Below are positions 12,447 through 21,788 of a stretch of 28,972 nucleotides of DNA, one piece after another (the stretch's first letter is position 1; every line of letters starts with the position of its first letter). This DNA is from Gemmatimonadota bacterium (lineage in GTDB: Bacteria > Latescibacterota > UBA2968 > UBA8231). The stretch is taken from positions 1 to 28,972 of the forward strand of contig JAYOYH010000055.1 of the NCBI GenBank assembly GCA_038153405.1. The letters run 5' to 3'. Position numbers and translations under genes: made by a program. The notes under the pieces are model-generated. The model had not been told where the DNA came from and did not search any database. It worked only from the letters and a program-made list of their open reading frames with translations.

Positions 12447-13280
12447 ATGGCTTTCAGCGGCGGTACGCATCGAGCGCGCAAGCGCTTCGGACAGCACTTC
12501 CTAGTCGATCGCAGTGCCGTCGACCGAATCGTTGGTTTCGTCGAGCCCGAGCCAGGTGATGTGGTCGTCGAGGTCGGCCCTGGTCGCGGAGCCCTAACGC
12601 ATAAATTGCTGAATAAGCTAGGGCGGCTCACGGCGGTGGAGATCGACAGAGATCTCGCCGCAATGCTGCGAAAGGGAATTCCCGACCAGGTATTCGAGCT
12701 GGTCGAAGCGGATATCTTGCAGTTGAGTTGGGGCGAGATGGGAGCGGATGGTGAGCGACAAAAGCTCTTTATGGTTGGCAATCTGCCCTACAATATAACG
12801 GCACCATTTCTCTTTAAAGCCCTGCAGGAAGTCGATTATTTGCGCACGGCTGTTCTCATGTTGCAGCGCGAAGTTGCGCGTCGGTTGGTGGCTAGGCCCG
12901 GCAACAAGGAGTATGGACAAATTACCGTTATGCTGGCGATGCGCGCCGAGATCAGGTTGTTGATGGACGTGGAACGCCGCTCTTTCCGTCCGGTGCCCGG
13001 CGTCGATTCATCCGTAATACGCATCGATTTCTCCGAGAGGCCGCGCTTTTCTGTGCGCGACGAGCAGTGCTTTGCCACCGTCGTTCGCACGGCGTTTAGC
13101 CAACGGCGCAAGATGTTGCGCAATACGCTGCGTGGCCTCGCCTCGGCTAGCGGCAGTGACTTGCTGCCGGCCATAGAATCCGAATCGGGTATTGACTTGA
13201 CGCGCCGCCCCGAGGAGCTCGGTGCGGAGGAGTTTGCGCGTTTGAGCGACGCGTTTACGGCGATGCGGGATCAGCTATAG
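12447..13280 (+). CDS. rsmA: 16S rRNA m6,6A1518/1519 dimethyltransferase RsmA/KsgA
   Basis: KRFGQHFL, EVGPGRGALT, AVEID, GNLPYNIT, MLQREVA.R, F.PVP.VDS, FSQRRKMLRN. Confidence 0.97.
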   Translation: MAFSGGTHRARKRFGQHFLVDRSAVDRIVGFVEPEPGDVVVEVGPGRGALTHKLLNKLGRLTAVEIDRDLAAMLRKGIPDQVFELVEADILQLSWGEMGADGERQKLFMVGNLPYNITAPFLFKALQEVDYLRTAVLMLQREVARRLVARPGNKEYGQITVMLAMRAEIRLLMDVERRSFRPVPGVDSSVIRIDFSERPRFSVRDEQCFATVVRTAFSQRRKMLRNTLRGLASASGSDLLPAIESESGIDLTRRPEELGAEEFARLSDAFTAMRDQL

Positions 13281-13282
13281 CA

Positions 13283-15253
13283 ATGTGTCGCATCGCCTGG
13301 ATCATTCTTCTCGTCTTCTCCTACGGCGTTGAGGCGCAGCAAAAGTACAGCCTCAATTTCAATCGCTCGAGCACGCGCACAAAGTGGAGCCATCGCCTGC
13401 CGAGCTGGCAGTACAAGGTGCCCGTGCGCTTGGCGGCTACCGGCGACTCTACCTCTCAGCTCAGCATCTCTACCTCGGCCAGTATGAGCTTTACGCTCGA
13501 CGAGCGCAACGATCGCAAGACGTGGCAGGACAATGCCTCTCTTGGATCGACGGTTAACTATCCCATCTTAGGGCCCAAGGCGACGATTGGCATCGGTGCC
13601 AATATGTCGCTGCGAAGCTCCACGCTGCAAAAGCAGAAGCTGCGCGACCAGACATTTAACTTTCGCTTTCAGTACAAGCCAATTGACGAGGGGCGCTTTG
13701 ACGATCTATCCGTTAGCGTAACGCCGGGACTCATAACGAAGACGCGCGACAGTCGCGCTAATCTGGACAGCACAATTGAGGAAACCGGGGTTCAGTATAA
13801 TGCCTCGCTTCGCGTGTCGCCCGAAATCAAATTAGCTGGAAAAAAACTGGGGAACTCGCTGTCGTTCAGTAAGCGCGACAATACGCTGAAAAACAACAAG
13901 GATCGCAGCGAGAGCTTTAGTAGCAGTGCCAACTATACGCTGCCCGGCGGCGTTCGCACCAGCATCAGCTTTACGGAATCTCGTTCCGAAGTCGGTATCA
14001 CGCGATCGGTCGTTGGAGAAAGCGAAGTCGAAGGAATTGTGCGCCGCGATACGAGCATTGCTGCGGAAATATCGCAGAGCCGCAACACCGGTTTTAGTTC
14101 AAACATCGATTTCGATGTTGGCCGTTTTAAGGTGCGCAGCAGCGCTTCGTATGGGCAAAACCAGCGCACCAATACGGCCAGCGCCGAACAGGACGCCGGC
14201 AATCGCTACTTTGGAACGGATAGAGAAAGTCGCAGTTGGAACTGGCAATCGGAGGTTTCGGGTAAACTGGTAGAGCCCGTGTTATGGAATTCTAAACTGC
14301 GCTTTGAGTCGAGCGACCAGCGCAACCTAGCCGTGCGCGTGCTCGACGTGGGGCGCTGTGCCAGTCACTTTGTCACGTCGCCCGATGGAACGTGCCGCGA
14401 TCCCAGCTCAGACTTGGATAATGGACGTCTGTTTCTCAACACCTCGCTCACGTGGACGCTGACGGAAAAGCACTCGTTAAAACTATCGACTTGGGCGGAT
14501 ATAAAGCGCGCGGAGAATCCAGGCGCGCCCGAGCAAAATCGCGATACCTACAGCAATAGTTTTACTTTGCGCTACGACGGCTCTCTGGCTGACGATGCGC
14601 GAGTCAATATCGAAGTGCGCAACTCCTTTTTGCACCGCATCAACATGGCAGCTACGCGTTCGGGAGATAACTCGCGTAACCGCGATATCGTTCTCGATAT
14701 CGGCAGCAGCTATCAGCGCTTAGGGATTAGCATATCGCATAACTTTAGCATATCGGCCAAGCGAACCATTTTTGACTTTGATCGCCAACTCAATCGAACC
14801 ACCTCTGCGCGCAAGAGCAATATTCGCCGCGGTTGGAGCATGAATCACACGGCAAATCGCAAGGTATTAGCACACTTGCGCCTAAACGGACGCTACTCGT
14901 ATTCGGCCGATGATTTCGGCACGTTGGTGGTAGAGAACGGGGCGCAAATCGTCGAAGAGGATAACAACCGCCACAGCGTTGGTGTTGGACTGTCGTATTC
15001 GCCCATTCAGGCCCTGTCCATAACGACGTCCTATAACTTTTTGCTGGATCGCCGCTGGGATCACGAATACGCTGGAGGTCAGGAAGCGCGCGTGCAGGAC
15101 GCCGGTCGCCGCAATAGAAACCGATCGCTTAGCTTTAACGTCAGCTACTCGCCGACCGACAATCCCAATCAATTGTCGCTGCGGGCAAGTCGTTCGCGGC
15201 AGCGCAGCGGCACCTTTGATACATTTAGCGTTACCTACTCGCGAACTTTATAG
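13283..15253 (+). CDS. Hypothetical exported protein, probable outer-membrane beta-barrel
   Basis: Sec signal peptide (MCRIAWIILLVFSYGVEA|Q). S/T/N/R-rich with alternating hydrophobic strands throughout. C-terminal strand TFSVTYSRTL. Confidence 0.7.
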   Translation: MCRIAWIILLVFSYGVEAQQKYSLNFNRSSTRTKWSHRLPSWQYKVPVRLAATGDSTSQLSISTSASMSFTLDERNDRKTWQDNASLGSTVNYPILGPKATIGIGANMSLRSSTLQKQKLRDQTFNFRFQYKPIDEGRFDDLSVSVTPGLITKTRDSRANLDSTIEETGVQYNASLRVSPEIKLAGKKLGNSLSFSKRDNTLKNNKDRSESFSSSANYTLPGGVRTSISFTESRSEVGITRSVVGESEVEGIVRRDTSIAAEISQSRNTGFSSNIDFDVGRFKVRSSASYGQNQRTNTASAEQDAGNRYFGTDRESRSWNWQSEVSGKLVEPVLWNSKLRFESSDQRNLAVRVLDVGRCASHFVTSPDGTCRDPSSDLDNGRLFLNTSLTWTLTEKHSLKLSTWADIKRAENPGAPEQNRDTYSNSFTLRYDGSLADDARVNIEVRNSFLHRINMAATRSGDNSRNRDIVLDIGSSYQRLGISISHNFSISAKRTIFDFDRQLNRTTSARKSNIRRGWSMNHTANRKVLAHLRLNGRYSYSADDFGTLVVENGAQIVEEDNNRHSVGVGLSYSPIQALSITTSYNFLLDRRWDHEYAGGQEARVQDAGRRNRNRSLSFNVSYSPTDNPNQLSLRASRSRQRSGTFDTFSVTYSRTL

Positions 15254-15309
15254 TACATTATCCACCTTATCTTATGCGCGTATCGCGTCCGTAAAGGAGA
15301 TATGTCTTC

Positions 15310-16233
15310 ATGCCCCCTATGCCCAAATCCGACAAAATATGGTTTAACGGCGAGTTGCTCGATTGGGACCAAGCCCGCGTGCACGTCCTCTCGCATGTGG
15401 TGCACTATGGATCGAGCGTTTTCGAGGGCATTCGCTGCTACAATACCGATAAAGGCCCTGCGGTTTTTCGCCTTAAGGAACACGTGGATCGGCTCTTTGA
15501 CTCGGCGAAGATCTACCGGATGGAAATACCCTATAGCCGCGAGGAAGTGAGTGAGGCCATCCTCGAGACGATCCGCGTCAACGGCCTCAATGCCTGCTAT
15601 ATTCGCCCCGTTGTCTTTCGCGGCTACGGTTCGCTGGGCGTCGATCCCACGACCTGTCCGGTCGATACGGTGATCGCGGTTTGGGAATGGGGCCAGTACT
15701 TGGGCGAAGAGGCGCTGAGAAAAGGCGTGTCGGTCTGCACCTCTTCGTGGAATCGCGTGGCGCCCAATACCCTTCCCTTCTTGGCCAAGGCTGGCGGCAA
15801 TTATCTCAACTCGCAGCTGGTGCGCATGGAAGCCAACTCGAATGGCTACGACGAGGGCATCGTTTTGGGCACCGATGGATTGGTTAGCGAAGGCAGCGGC
15901 GAAAATATCTTTGTCGTGCGCGGAGACATCGTCTATACGCCCGCTTCGCACTACGCAATTCTCTCCGGTATAACGCGCGATACGGCCATGGTGCTGGCGC
16001 GCGACGCCGGCATACGCGTCGAGGAGCGTGGGATCCCGCGCGAATTGCTCTACATCGCCGACGAGGTGTTTTTCACGGGAACCGCTGCAGAAATAACGCC
16101 GATTCGCCAGATCGATAAAATACAAATTGGCGCAGGGGAGCGCGGTCCCATAACGGAAAAGCTCCAGGGGCTATTTTTCGATCTTTTGCACGGCAAAGTA
16201 GAAGACCGCCATAACTGGCTGACGTTTGTTTGA
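15310..16233 (+). CDS. ilvE: Branched-chain amino acid aminotransferase (PLP fold IV)
   Basis: [34 protein letters not shown] (PLP lysine), [39 protein letters not shown]. Confidence 0.97.
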   Translation: MPPMPKSDKIWFNGELLDWDQARVHVLSHVVHYGSSVFEGIRCYNTDKGPAVFRLKEHVDRLFDSAKIYRMEIPYSREEVSEAILETIRVNGLNACYIRPVVFRGYGSLGVDPTTCPVDTVIAVWEWGQYLGEEALRKGVSVCTSSWNRVAPNTLPFLAKAGGNYLNSQLVRMEANSNGYDEGIVLGTDGLVSEGSGENIFVVRGDIVYTPASHYAILSGITRDTAMVLARDAGIRVEERGIPRELLYIADEVFFTGTAAEITPIRQIDKIQIGAGERGPITEKLQGLFFDLLHGKVEDRHNWLTFV

Positions 16234-16256
16234 TGGATTTACCAAGGAGATTTGAT

Positions 16257-18089
16257 ATGCTCGTTGCCAGAACGGTTGGCATATTCCTCGTTGCTCTTGT
16301 TACTACGGTCCATGCCCAAGAGGATGACGCTTGGAATGCCGTGCAGAATATCCTCATGAATACGCAGGATATTGTCGTGCTCGACGGCACGGAGAAGGCA
16401 CCGCTGCGCTATGCTGGAGAAGGCGATCCGCAGTATGGCGACTGGATGGTGCGCCATATGCTGTCCGATCCGCAGAGCTTCAATCCGTATACGTCGAGTG
16501 ATGCCGGCGCTTCTACCGTGATGCAGTACATCTTCGATACGCTGCTCTACGCAGACAACGAGCCGCCCTACCAGTTAAAGGGCAAAGTCGCCAAGAGCTA
16601 CCCGCAAGTTTCTGCAGACAAGTTGTCCTACACATTTGCGCTGAGAGAAGACGTGTATTTTTCCGACGGTCGTCCGCTGACGGCTGAGGATGTGCTGTTC
16701 AGCATGAAAGTCATCCAGAATCCGCGCGTATTGGCTCCGCATATGCGCAACTACTATTCGGCCGTCAAAAACGTCGTTACGAATGGGGACGGGTCAATTA
16801 CGTTCGAGTGCAATGAGCCCTACTTTCGCAACGACCTTTCACTTGGTTCCTTCGAAATTTTGCCTAGGCATTTTTACGATCCGGAAGGATTGTTGGATCC
16901 CGTTCCCATCACCTCGCTCATCGACGGCTCGTGGGAAACGGGGCCGCACAAAGAGCGGATCGAGCGTTTCGCCGATCAGTTTAACCAGGACTTCAATCGC
17001 AAACTCATGGGTTCGGGTCCCTATGCCATCGAGGATTTTGATCGCGATATCGTCACGCAGCAAAAAGTTGTCCTGACGCGCAACGCCGAATACTGGGCGC
17101 TGGAAGGGGGCGCTTTGCCCCCTTCGGGTTACGTCGATAAGATAGTCTTCAAGATCATTAACAATACTGATGCCGCCTTTATCGAGCTGACCAACGGCAA
17201 TATCGACTATCACGCGCTGCGTCCGCTGGAGTTTAAGGAGAAAAGCTGGTCAGACGACTTCAACAAACGCTTTCTCAAAGGCGTCGAGTACTCGGGTGGG
17301 TATACCTACATAGGTTGGAATAACACGCATCCCATTTTTGCGGATCGGCGCGTGCGTCAGGCTATGACGCATTTGACCGATCGCCAGAGCATGGTGGAAA
17401 ACCTGCTCTTTGGCCTGGCCGAGACCGTTGAAGGGCCGATTAGCAAGTTTCGCCCCGAATACAACCACGAACTGCAGCCGTACGGCTACGATTACGAACG
17501 CGCCCTTGACCTGCTCGACGAAGCGGGATGGGGCGACGCCGATGACGACGGCATTCTCGACAAAGAGATCGACGGCGAGAAGGTCGATTTTCGCTTTGAA
17601 CTGCTCATCAATTCCGGCAACCAGATCCGCAAGGATATTGCGCTGACCCTGCAGAGCGAATTGGCGGATGTGGGCATCGACTGCCAGGTGCGCGAGCTCG
17701 ACTGGTCCATCTTTCTGCAGCGCGTTAAGAGTAAGGACTTCGCTGCGATGGTGCTAGGCTGGAGCAGCGGTGTGAAGTTTGCTCCCGATGTATACCAGAT
17801 CTGGCACTCTTCGCAGGCCGAGGAACAGGGCTCAAATGCGATCAGTTTTATACATGCCGAAGCCGATAGCCTCTTGGAGGCGTATCGCCGCGAATTCGAT
17901 CCGGACAAGCGCATTGACCTCTACAAACGCTTTCAGAAAATCGTTTACGACGAACAGCCCTATACCTTCCTGTGGAAGTCGCGCGTAGCCCAGGCCTACA
18001 GCCGCCGCTTTGCCGGGGTGAACTGGTACCCGGCCGGTGCCGAAGTGGCCGAGTGGTGGGTCGACCAAGACGATCGGGTCTACCGCTAA
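16257..18089 (+). CDS. ABC-type peptide/nickel substrate-binding protein (SBP family 5), periplasmic
   Basis: RBS AAGGAG at 16244-16249 before ATG 16257. SPI signal MLVARTVGIFLVALVTTVHA|Q. Motifs P.SFNP, YTFALREDVYFSDGRPLTAEDV.FS, GSGPY, F.DRRVRQA, YDYERA..LLDEAGW, DADDDG. Confidence 0.9.
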   Translation: MLVARTVGIFLVALVTTVHAQEDDAWNAVQNILMNTQDIVVLDGTEKAPLRYAGEGDPQYGDWMVRHMLSDPQSFNPYTSSDAGASTVMQYIFDTLLYADNEPPYQLKGKVAKSYPQVSADKLSYTFALREDVYFSDGRPLTAEDVLFSMKVIQNPRVLAPHMRNYYSAVKNVVTNGDGSITFECNEPYFRNDLSLGSFEILPRHFYDPEGLLDPVPITSLIDGSWETGPHKERIERFADQFNQDFNRKLMGSGPYAIEDFDRDIVTQQKVVLTRNAEYWALEGGALPPSGYVDKIVFKIINNTDAAFIELTNGNIDYHALRPLEFKEKSWSDDFNKRFLKGVEYSGGYTYIGWNNTHPIFADRRVRQAMTHLTDRQSMVENLLFGLAETVEGPISKFRPEYNHELQPYGYDYERALDLLDEAGWGDADDDGILDKEIDGEKVDFRFELLINSGNQIRKDIALTLQSELADVGIDCQVRELDWSIFLQRVKSKDFAAMVLGWSSGVKFAPDVYQIWHSSQAEEQGSNAISFIHAEADSLLEAYRREFDPDKRIDLYKRFQKIVYDEQPYTFLWKSRVAQAYSRRFAGVNWYPAGAEVAEWWVDQDDRVYR

Positions 18090-18099
18090 AAGCGACTAA

Positions 18100-18525
18100 G
18101 TGGGCGAAACACATGCGGCGGATGGACCGCTCTCTTGGACGGTCCATCCGCTGATGCACGAGAGAGCGGGCAAGACGCTGGCGTTGATCAGCGCAGTAGG
18201 CGCAACCTGTTGCGCAGTAGCGCTTAGCTTCGAGCACGTCGGTTACGGCGTACTATCGTTCTGCATACTCGTCGGTTCGCTGGCGAGCTATTTCTTTCCC
18301 TCCCGTTACACGCTCGACGAAGTCGGCGTTTCCCGCGTCCTGTTGGGGCGCCGAAGCGCTCGTTCGTGGTCCGAGTTCCGCCGGGTTGATGCGCGCGACA
18401 ACGGGCTGTTTCTCAGCCCTTTTGCAAGCACCAGTCGCCTCGACTCATTTCGCGGCATATTTCTTCCATTTCACAAAAACCGCGACCAAGTTGTATATTA
18501 CGTCCAACGCTATGTCAATAATTGA
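18100..18525 (+). CDS. Hypothetical membrane protein (2 TM helices plus a small PH-like beta domain)
   Basis: LSWTVHP, two hydrophobic segments, then FFPSRYTLDEVGV...RSWSEFRR...LFLSPF..SRLDSFRG. GTG start; the stop overlaps the next gene. Confidence 0.75.
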   Translation: MGETHAADGPLSWTVHPLMHERAGKTLALISAVGATCCAVALSFEHVGYGVLSFCILVGSLASYFFPSRYTLDEVGVSRVLLGRRSARSWSEFRRVDARDNGLFLSPFASTSRLDSFRGIFLPFHKNRDQVVYYVQRYVNN

Positions 18526-18859
18526 GCGCATTAAAGCACAGTGGCAGCACGCTTTTGCCATTGCCGACTCGAATAGAGTGTGGGACGAAGCCGACCGGGA
18601 ACTGGTCGACAAACTCGCTTCGTTTATCGTGCGGCGCGGTTTGAGCATGCCGGCGGTCATGGTTCTCGAATCGAGTCGCCCCGTCAATTTTCTCGGCAGC
18701 CAACTACTGGCCTTTCTCGAGCCCTTCGCTACGCTGGTTTTTTCGCGGGCTGAATACGGGCGTTTCGTGCGTCTGCTGGAGCAGCGCAATTGCGTCGACT
18801 TCATTATGGATGCTATTGCGAAATTGGAATCGGAAAGCGAAAAAAACGCACATGGATAA
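18512..18859 (+). CDS. Hypothetical protein (~115 aa, helical, possibly membrane-associated)
   Basis: ATG 18512 overlaps the upstream gene. Motif IVRRGL..PAVMVLES.RP.NFLGSQ..AFLEPF...LLEQR. The stop overlaps the next ATG (ATGGATAA). Confidence 0.75.
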   Translation: MSIIERIKAQWQHAFAIADSNRVWDEADRELVDKLASFIVRRGLSMPAVMVLESSRPVNFLGSQLLAFLEPFATLVFSRAEYGRFVRLLEQRNCVDFIMDAIAKLESESEKNAHG

Positions 18860-20645
18860 AATTGACGTAGTTATCGCAACCGACTGCGGCAGCACGACGA
18901 CTAAAGCCATCCTCATAGAGAAGAAGGAAGACGGCTATCATCAGACGTTTCGCGGCGAGGCACCGACGACGGTGGAGGCCCCCTTCGAAGACGTGACGCG
19001 CGGCGTGCTCAACGCCATACAAGAGGTCGAGGAGCTATCTGGTCGGCAGATTCTCGACGGCGAGCACATCATTACGCCAGCAGAGGGACAGCGCGGCGTC
19101 GATATATACATTTCCACCAGCAGCGCGGGCGGCGGTTTGCAAATGGTCGTTTCGGGTGTGGTCAAATCGATGACGGGCGACAGCGCGCAGCGCTGTGCGC
19201 TGGGGGCCGGTGCCATCGTTATGGACGTGCTGGCGGCCAACGACGGCCGGCGGCCACATCAGAAAATTGAGCGCATTCGCCAGCTCCGTCCCGACATGGT
19301 GCTGCTGGCCGGTGGCACCGACGGCGGTACGGTAAGCCACGTAGTCGAACTGGCAGAATACGTTGGCGCTGCCGATCCCAAGCCGCGCTTTGGCAGCGGC
19401 TTTAAGCTGCCGGTCATTTACGGTGGCAATACGGAAGCGCGTGCAGAAGTCGAAGCCGTCCTGGGCGAGAAGACGGCATTGACCCTGACGGAGAATATTC
19501 GCCCCATATTGGAGCGGGAGAATCTGGGGCCTGCGCGTCAGGTTATTCACGACCTGTTCTTGGAACACGTAATGGCGCAGGCGCCGGGCTATAGAAAGCT
19601 GATGGACTGGACCGGTGCGCCGATTATGCCGACGCCGGGCGCGGTCGGCGAGATCATGCAGACGATTGCTCGCCAGATGGGGATCAACGTGGTAGGCGTC
19701 GATATCGGCGGTGCGACTACAGATGTATTCAGCGTGTTCTCCGAGGTATTCAACCGCACGGTCAGCGCTAACTTGGGTATGTCCTACAGTATCTCCAACG
19801 TCTTGGCCGAAGCGGGACTGGAACAGATTCTGCGCTGGGTGCCCTTCCAAATCGAAGAGGCTGACCTGCGCGACCGCATAAAGAACAAGATGATCCGTCC
19901 CACGACCATTCCACAACTTCTACAGGAGTTGCAGGTCGAACAGGCCATCGCGCGCGAGGCGCTGCGCCTGGCCTTTGTGCAGCATCGGGAACTAGCGGTT
20001 GGGCTTAAGGGCGTGCAAATCGAGCGAACGCTTTCAGATGTATTTAATCAGAACGACGAGGTTGATAGCCTAGTACAGATGATGGACCTCGACCTGCTCG
20101 TCGGCAGCGGCGGCGTCTTGTCGCACGCGCCGCGCCGCGCACAGTCGGCGGCCATGCTCATCGATGCCTTCCAACCCGAAGGCGTAACGCGTTTGGCCGT
20201 CGACAGCATCTTTATGATGCCGCACTTGGGCGTGCTATCCACGGTAAACGAGGAGGCGGCAACGCAGGTTTTTGAACGCGACTGCCTCATCTACCTGGGC
20301 ACGTGTGTCGCTCCTAAGGGATCGGGCAAAGCGGGCGAGACCTGTCTCAAATACTCTGTGGATCTACCCGCAGGGCGGCGCGAAGGATCGCTCTGCGTTG
20401 GCCAATTGCATCTGCTGGAACTGGACGCTGATGAAGAGGGTGAAATCGTGCTCATGCCCGCGCGCGACTGGGACGTCGGCGGTGGCCCCGGACAGGAAGT
20501 GCGCACGGTCGTGCGCGGCGGCGTCGTTGGTCTGATCATAGACGGTCGTGGGCGTCCGATTCAAATTGCCGAATCGGAAGAGGAGCGCCTCGCGCAAATG
20601 ACCGCTTGGCATCGCACGATGAACCTCTACGGCGGAGATCGATAA
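18852..20645 (+). CDS. GlmL/MutL-like ('glutamate mutase L') ASKHA-fold ATPase, 597 aa
   Basis: Phosphate-1 DCGSTTTK, SSAGGGL, inserted alpha/beta domain PDMVLLAGGTDGG, MPTPGAV, phosphate-2 VDIGGATTDVFS, RTVSANLGMSYS, adenosine motif LVGSGGVLSHA. Confidence 0.85.
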   Translation: MDKIDVVIATDCGSTTTKAILIEKKEDGYHQTFRGEAPTTVEAPFEDVTRGVLNAIQEVEELSGRQILDGEHIITPAEGQRGVDIYISTSSAGGGLQMVVSGVVKSMTGDSAQRCALGAGAIVMDVLAANDGRRPHQKIERIRQLRPDMVLLAGGTDGGTVSHVVELAEYVGAADPKPRFGSGFKLPVIYGGNTEARAEVEAVLGEKTALTLTENIRPILERENLGPARQVIHDLFLEHVMAQAPGYRKLMDWTGAPIMPTPGAVGEIMQTIARQMGINVVGVDIGGATTDVFSVFSEVFNRTVSANLGMSYSISNVLAEAGLEQILRWVPFQIEEADLRDRIKNKMIRPTTIPQLLQELQVEQAIAREALRLAFVQHRELAVGLKGVQIERTLSDVFNQNDEVDSLVQMMDLDLLVGSGGVLSHAPRRAQSAAMLIDAFQPEGVTRLAVDSIFMMPHLGVLSTVNEEAATQVFERDCLIYLGTCVAPKGSGKAGETCLKYSVDLPAGRREGSLCVGQLHLLELDADEEGEIVLMPARDWDVGGGPGQEVRTVVRGGVVGLIIDGRGRPIQIAESEEERLAQMTAWHRTMNLYGGDR

Positions 20646-21766
20646 TGGCCCACGCCTACACACCGGGTCTGCGCGTCACGCCGCACGCGGTGGTGCGCAA
20701 GGATCGCAAGCTGCCTCTCCAAGGGCAGGTCGTCGTCGCCCAAGGCGACGCGGTGCGCCGCGATCAGGTGGTCGCGCGGACCGATCTGCCCGGCGATGTC
20801 GTAGCGCTCAATCTGGTCAACAGGTTGGGGTGTGCGCCGGCCGAAGTGCCTCGATACATGCTGCACAAAGAGGGCGATGCGGTGCGCGAGGGCGAGCCGC
20901 TGGCTGCGACCCAGCCGTTTATTAAGTGGTTTAAAACTACGGTCAATTCGCCTGCTACGGGGGTGGTCGAGAGCGTGTCTGCGGTGACGGGCCAGGTCAT
21001 ATTGCGCAAGGAACCTCGTCCCGTAGAGGTGTTGGCCTATGTAGACGGCCAAGTGGTCGAGCTCTTCGAAGGCGAAGGCGTTAGCGTCGAGACGCGCGGC
21101 GCCTTTATACAGGGAATATTCGGCGTTGGCGGTGAATGCTGGGGTCCCCTGCACATGGCCGTTGGGTCGCCGGGCGAATTGTTGACTGCGCTGGGCGCAG
21201 AGTGCGCCGGTAAGATCGTTGTCGTGGGCAGTTTGGTTACGCTGGATCTCATTGAGATCGCGCGAAAGGTAGGCGCGATTGGACTGGTCGGTGGCGGTCT
21301 ACGCGACCAAGATTTGCGCGCCCTGCTGGGCTACGATCTCGGCGTAGCGATTACTGGCGATGAGGACATTGGTCTGACGGTGGTTGTTACGGAGGGTTTT
21401 GGCGAGGTGGCCATAGCCCACAAGACGTTCGATATCCTAAAAGCGTGTGAGGGCAAAGAAACATCCATTTCTGGCGCGACGCAGATTCGCGCCGGCGTGC
21501 TGCGGCCGGAGATCATCGTGCCCGATCCAGAGGGTGACCAACGCCGCTCCGAAGTCGACAGAAGAGAGAAGCACGGCATGGATATCGGCGATCTATTGCG
21601 CGTTATCCGCGTGCCGTACTTTGGCCGTATTGGCCGCGTTAGCGCGCTGCCAGCCGAGCTGCAAGAGGTCGAATCGGGCGCGCTTGTGCGCGTGCTTGAA
21701 GTCGAGTTTGAAAGCGGCGAGAAGGCCGTCGTTCCGCGCGCCAACGTCGAGATGATCGAAGAATGA
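20645..21766 (+). CDS. Hypothetical soluble protein with barrel-sandwich-hybrid motifs and a C-terminal KOW/SH3-like domain, 373 aa
   Basis: TAATG stop/start coupling to the ATPase. VAQGDAVRRDQVVA and HKEGDAVREGEPLA...SPATGVV are biotinyl/lipoyl-like motifs. IGDLLRVIRVPYFGRIGRV is KOW-like. Confidence 0.8.
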   Translation: MAHAYTPGLRVTPHAVVRKDRKLPLQGQVVVAQGDAVRRDQVVARTDLPGDVVALNLVNRLGCAPAEVPRYMLHKEGDAVREGEPLAATQPFIKWFKTTVNSPATGVVESVSAVTGQVILRKEPRPVEVLAYVDGQVVELFEGEGVSVETRGAFIQGIFGVGGECWGPLHMAVGSPGELLTALGAECAGKIVVVGSLVTLDLIEIARKVGAIGLVGGGLRDQDLRALLGYDLGVAITGDEDIGLTVVVTEGFGEVAIAHKTFDILKACEGKETSISGATQIRAGVLRPEIIVPDPEGDQRRSEVDRREKHGMDIGDLLRVIRVPYFGRIGRVSALPAELQEVESGALVRVLEVEFESGEKAVVPRANVEMIEE

Positions 21767-21788
21767 GCCATTTAGCAATGAGGTCTCC

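Noticed and set aside
18852..20645. Calling this gene a glutamate/methylaspartate mutase enzyme or the DNA-repair MutL
   Set aside because: It has no B12-binding motif or TIM-barrel mutase features and no GHKL motifs; only ASKHA ATPase motifs are present.
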